Origin: Octopus bimaculoides
Lineage: Eukaryota
DNA: 64,000 bases
Reading direction: 5' to 3'
Assembly (NCBI RefSeq): GCF_001194135.2
Contig: NC_068981.1
Location: 61,201,280-61,265,279 of the forward strand
Part shown: piece after piece, positions 54,315-64,000 of the stretch
Layout: each line of letters begins with the position of its first letter
How positions within the stretch are numbered: the first letter of the stretch is position 1
Translations under genes and position numbers: made by a program
Notes under the pieces: generated by a model
The model's input: only the letters and a program-made list of their open reading frames with translations
Database searches by the model: none
Told to the model about the DNA's origin: nothing

Positions 54315-54578
54315 ATCATTTCGATGCAATATCCAGATTGATTCATGCATATAAAAATACGGGATACTGCATCTCCTTAGGGCCTTATTAGTAGCAGGCA
54401 GACAATAAAAATAGATAACATACATATACAACATTCATAGTTGACCTATGGAAACATGCAAAAAAACAAGTTGAAAGACATGAGATGTAATACAACCGTG
54501 CATCATAACGGTATTGAAACCGTGAACATATCAAGCAAGTGTTTCAATTTCATGATGTTAAACTATGAAGTTCGGTAA
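54315..54578 (+). repeat. ~265-bp repeat, copy 2 of 34255-34521
   Basis: Colinear match. Confidence 0.9.
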
Positions 54579-54782
54579 TGATTCCAATACATTGTGAGTA
54601 AATCACAAATACTCACAAGGTATTAAAATCTTATATGTAAACCATATGTATACCATTCTGCATAAATAATGGATCTACAAATGCAATATCCCTGCATATC
54701 TCACATCTACTTTCATTCCTCCACATCACTCTCTATTTCGAATCTTATCTAAATTAACTATTGCTTAACCATTTTCTCACAC

Positions 54783-54832
54783 CGTCTTCGATTAAGGGAT
54801 ATAATAAATATCCTTGAAACAGCTGTAAGACG
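54783..54832 (+). ncRNA. Degenerate type I hammerhead with palindromic stem III (family H3)
   Basis: CGTCT-TCGATTA-AGGGATA-taataaa-TATCCTT-GAAA-CAGCTG-TA-AGACG; stems I and II pair fully, core is 4/7 vs CTGATGA. Confidence 0.65.
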
Positions 54833-55031
54833 TTTTATTTATAAATGTTCTAAAATCTTCGCAGCCTTGCTTTGTTATCTCATTCTGAAAGAATTTTTTT
54901 TATACATACCCACGCTGATATATAACCTACGTTGGACTCCTTATTCGCATAATCACCGAATCTGGAGCTTAACTATGGTCTATCCATAGCACTTACTCAG
55001 AATTACCTGACACCATTACCTCTCATAACGT

Positions 55032-55032
55032 C

Positions 55033-55123
<91 letters not shown>

Positions 55124-55144
55124 ATATATATATATATATATATA
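55032..55144. repeat. (CT)n then (TA)n microsatellite
   Basis: Seen directly. Confidence 0.95.
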
Positions 55145-55914
55145 CAGTAACAAAAGTGTGATTCGTTATATAGCACGACTTGATTCATTCCATGAGACAT
55201 TGCAACTGTGTGGGATATTCTTGAATTGATTATATTTATAGCAAAGAACTGAATAACATACGAATGAACATGAACTTTCTATATGCAAATGGTGCAAAGC
55301 TTTTATATGAAAGTAAATGAAGGATGACATAGAAATGTATTACTGGTAAAAGAAATGTAAAGACACTTGAGTAGATCATGGATATGTTTAATTAGGAACA
55401 ATAAGAAAGTAAGTGACAGGAAGATGTTAGAATTACAATTAAACAATGTGAGAACGTAATAAAGGAAATATATTTGTTTGCTAAGTGAGTTATTAGAATC
55501 GAATGGACGGAGGAATTGAGTCAGTGACGTGCTTATTTTTCGCAATGCATTGGCATTTTATAAATTTAAACTGTGATTCGTTACAAATAGCAATGATTCT
55601 TAGACTACAGGGGCTATTCAAATAAACTTTACGAGCGTTGAAAAACATAACTGGCAATTTGATGCTTAACAAATAGCATTGACTTTATTTTACACATTTC
55701 ACTGTCATTTCGAAACTCCTTGCTCGCCACAAATGTTTTAATTGATAATAGCTTCAAGATTATAACCATGCTTTCTACTTCATTCCCTCTCTACTTTATG
55801 AGTATACATGCCCTCGGGTACGTTCGTATGTCAAACATATGCACAAATTAACACTAGTAGCTCGGTTTCCATCTCTTATTTCATTTACAAATATTGAAGG
55901 AAGTGCAATTAATC

Positions 55915-56350
55915 ATGGTACAAGAAACCTGAAAGCACAGTCGAGGTGTAAAAACTTTTTAGGGGGATGTTTTAAATGGATCTACATTCGTACCTTTCCA
56001 ACACTCTAATTAGAGATACTTTTGAAGCTGATGAAACTACACAGAATGTCAACAATGAGATGGGAAAATCATCACTACCAGTACCGTACAAAAAGAGCGA
56101 CCGTTGACACCTCTAATGGAGTCATTACTGCCATACTATTGAAAATACAATGAGAGCACCTACGACGACACTTAGAATAAGCGATAATTGAAGCGACAGC
56201 AGTGCAAGCGAAGGAAAATCTGGCTCCTTTACTGGGCTTCAAGAGCCTTTGATATTATCCAATTCAACTAAAAACATCAGTACCTGGAACAAGACAAAGT
56301 ACATTAGCAGACATGTAAGAAAGCCTTAATTCTCGAGAACACTGAGCTCT
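55915..56350 (+). mobile_element. Highly decayed R4-like RLE 3' fragment
   Basis: WYKKPESTVE (cf. WYDHKPESNIE at 61487) and RAFDII..YLEQ..KKALILENTELL (cf. GALG..YLEQ..QKA.LLGT). Confidence 0.45.
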
Positions 56351-56449
56351 TATAGCAAACAAACGTAAGGAAATATACGGTTGTATATTTGGGGAAAGCA
56401 ATACGTTGGTGAAATCTTCACAGAAGGAAATAAACTAGTGTGTGTATAT

Positions 56450-56668
56450 GTTTGTGTGTCTGTCTGTGTTTGTCTCCCCAACATCGCTTGACAACCGAAG
56501 GTGGTGTGTTTACTCCCCCGTAACTTAGTGGTTCGGAAAAAGAGACCGATAGAATAAGTACTAGGCTTACAAAGAATAAGTCCTGGTGTCCATTTGCACG
56601 ACTAAAGGTGGTGTTCCAGCATAGCCGCAGTCAAATGACTGAAACAAGTAAAAGAGAAAGAGAGAGAG
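56450..56668 (+). mobile_element. SINE S1 3' tail, well preserved
   Basis: CCCCAACATCGCTTGACAACCG...CCGCAGTCAAATGACTGAAACAAGTAAAAGAG. Confidence 0.85.
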
Positions 56669-57504
56669 CAACGTTTACAACACTACCAGAAATGACAAAC
56701 ATAACATACATGCAAACCTGTATTTAGCAGATGAAAATGCCTAGATATACATGTGGTTGTATAAAACATACTTCACTCACGTTACATTTTCTCTCTAAGT
56801 CTCTTTGCTATATTTGTTGGACAGATTTGCTTTGCTCCCTAATCCCTTTCCCCTTTCTTACATGGAGAGTTTTCCATTATACCTTTCCGTCGGACATTTT
56901 GTCCCACTTACATAACATTTCAGATTGACCTTCATTAATGAGAGCAAAGAGTTGTGATGTTCTATTGGAGTGATAGAAGTGGAACTTTTCCCCATGCCGT
57001 TGATATATCAATTTTAGTTTTTGCAATTCTTTGATCAATTGCTGATTTAATTCGTAATACAGATTTCGTTGCCGCTGTTTCCGCCACAAAACTTGTTTCT
57101 ATTACTTTTGCTGGTTCTTTTCGTGATGAAACTGATATATATTTAATTAATATCAATACTTTTATTCTTCCTGATGTTAAGGTTACTCGCTTATGCCCAT
57201 CTTGTTTGTCAGTTACGTAGTGTTGGACGCAGGAAACGGTATCAGCATTCGTTTCCACCATGTACTTACTTGAATTTGCGACGGAATTCATCCGGAGTAG
57301 ATTAAGCCTGCTCTGACCAATGACTTCCTCACATCCCTCAAAAATGCTGGCCACATCTGATGGTCAGCCGGAGTTGAGGCTATCTTCTACTTGCGGCCTA
57401 AAAGTACAGCTTGCACGTTCGACAAATACTCCACGGGGAGAGCAAGCGCATCCGATAGCGCAAATCACGTGTCTCTAGTCGTTATTCGCTGCTGGGGAGA
57501 AGAT

Positions 57505-57890
57505 ATGAAACCAGACGTAGTGATAATTAAGAAAGAAAGCAAACGATGCTAGATCATACATATAACATGGCCAGCTAAGAACAAGGTATGCGATAAGGAA
57601 GAAAGACAATTCGATAGATATGAAAAATTAGCAAGGGAGGTTAAGTAATTGTGGTCGCTGTAAAATGTCGTAGCAGCATCAGTAATTGTCGCAGCCCTGG
57701 CAACAGTGAGAAAAATCTTGAAAAGTACATGGAACAGATATGGGTTGCAATAAAGATGTAACTGCTTCGAACTTCTCCAGTACCCCGTATATGGCTCGAA
57801 AAATAAGGGGTGTTACCTTAGTTCACTGGTAGTGAACAGCTGACACTAAAAGATCTCCAGCGTTAGAAGCTGTGCAAAGACAATAAAATA
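57505..57890 (+). mobile_element. R4/Dong-like LINE 3' end with 3' UTR
   Basis: KPDVVIIKKESKRC, CDKEERQFDRYEKLAREVK, VAALATV; ends directly in (TAC)n. Confidence 0.85.
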
Positions 57891-57897
57891 TTAATGA

Positions 57898-57918
57898 TAC
57901 TACTACTACTACTACTAT

Positions 57919-57958
<40 letters not shown>

Positions 57959-58097
57959 GCTGCTGCTACTACTACTACTACTACTACTACTACTGCTACT
58001 ACTACTACTACTACTACTACTACTATTACTACTACTACTACTACTAATAATAATAATAATAATAATAATAACAATAATGATAATAATAGTAATAATA

Positions 58098-58180
<83 letters not shown>

Positions 58181-58195
58181 TATAATAATAATAAT
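57898..58195. repeat. Compound (TAC)n(TAA)n(TGA)n(TAA)n microsatellite
   Basis: Seen directly; source of the poly-L/I/M/H/Y ORFs. Confidence 0.97.
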
Positions 58196-61100
58196 CAGAG
58201 CACTGCGCTGAATAGCAACACGGATGTGCTACACCGGGCTCCCCATTCAAAAACAAATCTAATCCAATAACATCGATGGAATTAGATAAAGGAACCTGTA
58301 GAAGGCAGCGGTCTTTTATCGAAAATAATAAGAATAAAAAAGCGAAATTTTACTGCCATACAAAGCACAATTTCTCCTCCGCACGATGTCTGTGAAACAT
58401 GTGTGAAACACACACGCGAAATCAACACCGGAAAGCTTACAACTTATAAAATAGAAATGGAACAAAATAGTAAGTAAAGAAATTGAGTAATTACGCATAT
58501 ACTCGGATGTCTACACAATCAGATATACATCTTCATACCCATAGGACTTACACATACATCTCACTGTTTACACAACTACGTGAAATTTACAGGACACACA
58601 TTCATGCATATGAAATCACGTCTCACAAACGAAGCCAAAACTAAAACAAAACTTTTAATTTTTATTTTCATTTTTCGAACTAACACAGAGTGAACCATTC
58701 ATAAGCTTAAAAACATCACAAAAACAATCTATACTGGGAGATAAATCTTTCAACAAAAAAATATAGACGGATAAAGATCTGTTAGCTTTAAGAAGCTACG
58801 TTAAGGGCAATGTTTACATACAGAGAACTCGGTGACAGTGTTATCTCAAAAGACTTGACCCTAAACGGACAAATCTGTCCCCTAGTGTCAACAAGCAATG
58901 TTTACATACAGAGAACTCGGTGACGGTTTTGCCTCCAAAACTTCACCCTGAACAGACAAATCTGTCCCCAGATTAGTTGTCGACCGGTGCACAAAGGGCC
59001 ACGTACTCGAATGTTGAAATAGATTCCAAACAAAAAAAATAGCTACTGGTTCAAATCTTCCCGACACACAGGAGCTGGAAATACCCACAACTGGAATATT
59101 CCAGCAGATAGCCATCCAGGCTCGTCATCAAATAACCAAAAGAAAAAGAAGGAAAAATGGTCTAGGGAAGAATAAGAAGTACTTACGGCCTTCTACCATG
59201 CCATATATTTCCCCACAAATAAGTTTAATACTGTAAAAACCTACTTAAAATGGAAACAGAAACACTTTGAAGTAAGACCCTACATAGACAGTAACAAACT
59301 TGCCAATGTCATAAGAAACATTAGGAAAAATATTTACTAAATGAAGTAGTGATTGACCAAATTAAACAAGCACCAAATGATAAAATAAACGAAGATGCAG
59401 TTCAACCCAGGGTTGATGAAAACGCAGTAATGATTGAAAGAGTTAATGTAACTGACAAGCAAAGTGAAATACTCATTGAACCAACCATAAGCACTAAGGC
59501 AGATGAAAATCAAATAGGTGAAGAAAGTCACACAGAAATTGACCCAGCAGAACAACCTGATCTAAAAAATCAAATGATTGAATGGTTGAAACGGAAAAAA
59601 AAATATAACAAAATGAATGTACAAAACAATCTCTTCAAAATTCGCAATTCTAACCAAAACCTGAAAATAATTGATAAAATCCGCCTTGCACTTAATTATA
59701 TAATTTCAGCTAATGATGTTCGTAATACAGATCTCAACTTCAGCTAATGATGTTCATAATACAGATCTCAACCACCTGTACTATGCATCAGCGAAAATCT
59801 CAACGATTCTAAGTGCTGAAAAGATTTGAAAACGAGAGCATTCTCACAAAAAGCCTTCTTGGCACGAGCATTTTAAACACCAAATTACGCTGCTTAGGTC
59901 TGACATAGAATGTTCGAAAACCATTACATTTGACAAGACTATCAAACCTACAAAGATCTGAAAATTAAAGAAAAATATAAGAAAACCATGCTTCACATTG
60001 ATACAAACATAGAAATCATCAAGCAAAAGGCATGTGCTAAAGCTGCCCACATAGCAAGGTATGAAAAGCGCATTAGATTCTTCAAGGACAATAATATATT
60101 AAAAAATCACCCCAAAAATTATTACAGGAAGATAGGGAAAACACGAGCTATAGTAAAGTCTGTCCCATCAAAAGAAGTGCAGGAAGTTTGGAATAAAATT
60201 TGGGCAGAAGAAACAACACACAATTAAAAGGCCCCTTGGATTGATAAAATATCTAGAGACTTACACTCCTTAGAGGAGCAAAAGTAGGAGAGTATCATGG
60301 TAGAGGCTGTAAGATCTGCTCTCAGGAGGTCAAGTTAGTGGAAGTCTCCAGGAATGGATAAAATTCCTAACTTCTGGTTGAATGCCTTCCCAGAGATATA
60401 TGAACTGCTAACAAAACTTTACAACAATGTTTTGCAAAATACTAGTATGATGCCCTCTTGGCTAGTTAATGATTTAACATTCATACTTGCAAAAAATGAA
60501 GAAACAAATGAGCCAAAAAATTTTAGACCCATAAACTGCTTAACAATAATGTATAAAACGCTAACATCTGTCCTGAATGAATATACCTATAGTTTTTTAA
60601 TGGAAAGTGGTATATTCCCTAATGAGCAAAAACGATGAAAATGTAGATCTAATAGTTGTAAACATCAGCTACTCATCAGTAAGATGATCTTAAAAGATTA
60701 TCACAAACGACACACAAACGTGGATTGACTATAAAAAAACTTTTTATACTCTATCACATAACTGGAATAAGAAATGTCTGGAAATGTATAAAATAGCGCC
60801 TACTCTGCGAAACATTTTGTCTGTAAGTCTGAGATCATGGAGAAACACACTGACTTTGAACAGTGACAAAGAATCAGTAAATGCTGTAGATATAAAAAAT
60901 TCATGTGGCATTTTCCAGGGTGATTCACTGTCACCATTCCTCTTTTGAGTAGCCTTGATACCTCTCTCAAAATTGCTCAATGATGCACAGTACGGTTATA
61001 AAATGTTTGATAAAAATATTTACCGGAGGAGGAAGAGGACTTATTGGATGCGAACACAGCATTAGAACAGAAGAAGACAACATAGCATGGTGTGTAAAAA

Positions 61101-61824
61101 ATGCTACAGAACTGCTATTGTTAGATATAAGAAGGTCAGGCTTGTGTCGGATGAAAGATTGCAAAGATAAAGTATAGTACAAGCAACAGATAACGAATGA
61201 CTTAAAGTGATTTAACACCGGAAACGGAGGTTCTAATCTGTGCTGCCGAAGAGCAAGCACTAAGAACAAACTACTTAAAATAGAGAGAAGATAACACATC
61301 AGAAAGTGATATGAGCAGAATCTGTGGAGAAATTTGTGAAACTGTATGGCATATTAGCATATTTTCAGGCAATGTTCGCCATCATCCTAGAAGGAATATA
61401 AGACAAGCCACGACAATATAGCCAAGCTTGTTCATTGGACGCTTTGCAACAAGTATAATCTTGACAGAGAAAAATTGGTACGACCACAAACCCGAAAGTA
61501 ACATCGAAAATAATTATGCAAAGATCCTGTGGAATTTTATGATTTATGAGATAGAATATATAGATATAGTCATAATTGAGAAAGAAAGTAAACTATGCTG
61601 GATCATAATTTTAGCATGCCCAGCTGACAACAACGTATGCGATAAGGAAGAAAGAAAAAGTCGATAGGTAAGACAGGCTAGCTTGGGAGGTAAAGCAGTT
61701 TTGGTCGATGAAAATGGTGGTAGTGGTACCAATAACTATCGGAGCCCTCGGATTGTAGGATCTCTAGGAATTGTAAAAAAGGTACTGAAACCTATTTGAA
61801 TTGATAGAAGAAAAAATAAATACA
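58196..61824 (+). mobile_element. Near full-length R4/Dong-like non-LTR retrotransposon (RT, CCHC, RLE), decayed
   Basis: KWSREE N-terminal motif, KSPGMDKIPNFWL, FRPINCL, GIFQGDSLSP, RICGEICETVWHI, KILWNF, DIVIIEKES, IGALG; (TAA)n on both flanks. Confidence 0.92.
58807..58969 (+). repeat. Two ~88-bp tandem units in the 5' region of the R4-like element
   Basis: GCAATGTTTACATACAGAGAACTCGGTGAC identical at 58807 and 58895; both units end in GACAAATCTGTCCC. Confidence 0.9.
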
Positions 61825-61904
61825 TAATAATAATAATAATAATAATGGTAATAATAATAATGATAATGATGATGATGATTATGATGATGATGATGATGAC
61901 GATG

Positions 61905-62515
61905 ATCATGGATGCCCTATAGACGGCACATTAACCAACTAGACATCTTCCACGATTTACGGTTAGTCTCTAAAATACAGATTTTCTCATGCCGACCAGT
62001 GTATGATTGGTGGAATTGAGAGTTTTCGTATGAAGTTCTATGAGTTTTATGCAGTCGCAATTGTGCTGGGCTGTCCATGTCGTCCGAATGAGCGACGAAA
62101 AGTACGCAAAGTCCTCCTGTACAGCCAGCTTGGTAGTCGTCACAGGAATGTTGGTCGATCATGGCTCAGTTATAAGTAGAAACAGAAGATTAACCTCTCA
62201 GTAGTGAAGATAGCTGACAACAACTTTGAGCGAACAGTTATAGAACGAAGAAAATGCAGCTGGTTGTGTCAAAATGGTTTAAGAAAGTTTGTTGCAACTA
62301 GCATATAACAGGCTTCGAGACCCAAAGCAAAAGCGAAAAGCGGCTGCAAATATGCCGCCTCCACTTGCCTGTAATCGTCATATTTGTAGCATTTGTTGGC
62401 TTACAGATCACATTAAGCAGGGCTTAATTTCACATTCGACATGAGCATTGTGACAGGAAAGGAAAAGTAGGTTGTCAGATCCTCATATATCAAAACCGAC
62501 GGAATATTCCACCAT
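61905..62515 (+). mobile_element. RTE (BovB-like) LINE 3' fragment
   Basis: YRRHINQLDIFH, MQSQLCWAVHVVRMSD, KVLLYSQL, terminal C..C and GLISH motif. Confidence 0.85.
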
Positions 62516-62644
62516 ATATGTGTATGTGTGTGTTTGTTTGCGTATGCATGTATATATACATTATAATTACGTAATTGTCCAGTATTCATCTCACGTGCGT
62601 TCACATATTTTTCACTCGTTGGTGATGTCCTATACTTAATGGAT

Positions 62645-62699
<55 letters not shown>

Positions 62700-63279
62700 G
62701 CAAAGTAGTTGAGTAGAAAATTTCTGTAGGAAATTAACATAACTATACTGTATTACTAACTAGCAGCAGTAGGTGCCTTCCTGGAGTTAGAAACGGTAGT
62801 AACGTCGATTCCTACGGAACAGATATGTTGAAGTGGCAATAAACAGTACTTCCGTCTATACATACTACTTTCATCTCTTATAGAGATTTTCTAGGTAGTT
62901 ACTTAGCTTGTTGCAAAATCACTAACCACTTGTCACTGATTTCCCTATATATTGCGAGCTGGAGCGAACTACTGCTATCTCTAATTGATGGGTGGCCCCC
63001 ACTGAGGATGGGCACAAATAACTCGAGGCTGGACAGATTGGTCGTCCTGACATCATGGCTAGATGGTGGGTGCCCGCCCCGACGCTTCGGGTGCAGATTG
63101 TATCGGTAACACACTGGAGGAGTCCGCCTTGGGTTAAAAGCGGTAGAAACTTCGGTTGCTACGGACAAGCCATGGTGAAGTGGCGATATAAATTCTTATT
63201 ATGCACACACACACACACACACACATACACACACACACACTCACACACACACACACACACACACCGACTCACACACACA

Positions 63280-63335
<56 letters not shown>

Positions 63336-63429
63336 GAAATAGATAAATAAATAGATACATGGATACATACATACACATACACATACATACATTCATACAT
63401 AATTACATACAAAGATGAGTATGTGCGTG

Positions 63430-63655
63430 TTTGTAACTACGTTTCTGTGGCTATGTCTACTGTTGTTCCCCCTCCCGCTACTTGAGAACCGGTGCTCTGT
63501 GTTTACGTCCCCGTAACTTAGTAGTACAGCTAAAAAGAACGATACATTAAAATCCTTAAAAAAGTACTGGTTTCAATTTGTTCGACGAAATTTCCTCAAC
63601 GTGTACACCCCAGTGTAGACGCTGTCTAATGAATGAAACAAGTAAATTATAAAAA
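63430..63655 (+). mobile_element. SINE S1 3' tail, diverged
   Basis: GAGAACCGGTGCTCTGTGTTTACGTCCCCGTAACTTAG...GAAACAAGTAAA. Confidence 0.7.
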
Positions 63656-63696
63656 TTAAAAACACACACATATATGTATATATATATAAAATAATA

Positions 63697-64000
63697 GACT
63701 TAGATAAGGCACATAGGCAGGGTCCCGGTTACTGGAAACTAAACGCGTCTTTCCCGTCGAGACACGTTTTCAGAGACCGGATTAGCACGTTAGTAAAGAG
63801 GGCTTTGACGGGAGCCATCGTCAACAACAAATGGTGGTTTGCCCTCAAGAGAGCAGTAAGGGCGGAAGCAATAAGGTATAGCAGGGCACTAGCTGTAGAG
63901 AGGAACAGAGTAGAGGGGGAGCTAGTGATAAAGTTAGAAGAGGCATTGCGAAGTGGCATCGCATCCGACGTTTTAGCGGCGCGGTTGGCCCTCGACCAAC
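63697..64000 (+). mobile_element. 5'-truncated Tx1/L1-clade LINE ORF2 segment, continues beyond the window
   Basis: Stop-free frame GPGYWKLNASFPSRHVFRDRIST...KWWFALKRAVRAEAIRYSR; GxGYWKLN follows the APE domain in L1/Tx1 ORF2. Confidence 0.8.

Noticed and set aside
56877-57480. ORFs 56877-57089 and 56962-57354 as RTE or mariner remnants
   Set aside because: Weak, conflicting resemblances with no diagnostic motif.
62990-63110. HDV-like ribozyme as an annotated feature
   Set aside because: The L3 loop and P1.1 G-C pairs are not found; kept only as a search suggestion.

Overview
AT-rich eukaryotic genomic DNA with 11 assembly gaps and very dense (AT)n/(GT)n/(TAA)n microsatellites. The SINE types and repeat style resemble Octopus (cephalopod) genomes; this is inference, no search was run. 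Nearly all recognisable content is decayed mobile DNA: tRNA-derived SINEs, five Tc1/mariner relics, four Penelope-like (PLE) RT/GIY-YIG pieces from two clades, four R4/Dong-like RLE LINE pieces, and CR1-, RTE- and Tx1-like fragments. No CRISPR array, rRNA or true tRNA gene was found, and most ORF-track entries are microsatellite or gap artefacts. The strongest signal is a set of minimal hammerhead-ribozyme motifs in three different non-autonomous repeat families. One is a tRNA-headed SINE carrying a hammerhead, inserted as an inverted pair with an 11-bp target-site duplication inside a transposase gene (7789-8310). Other highlights: R4-like LINEs stacked at a trinucleotide microsatellite, a possible intron in a Tc1 transposase, two long hairpins, and a speculative four-exon gene for a small secreted Cys-rich peptide (3260-11749). 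All host-gene models are low confidence.
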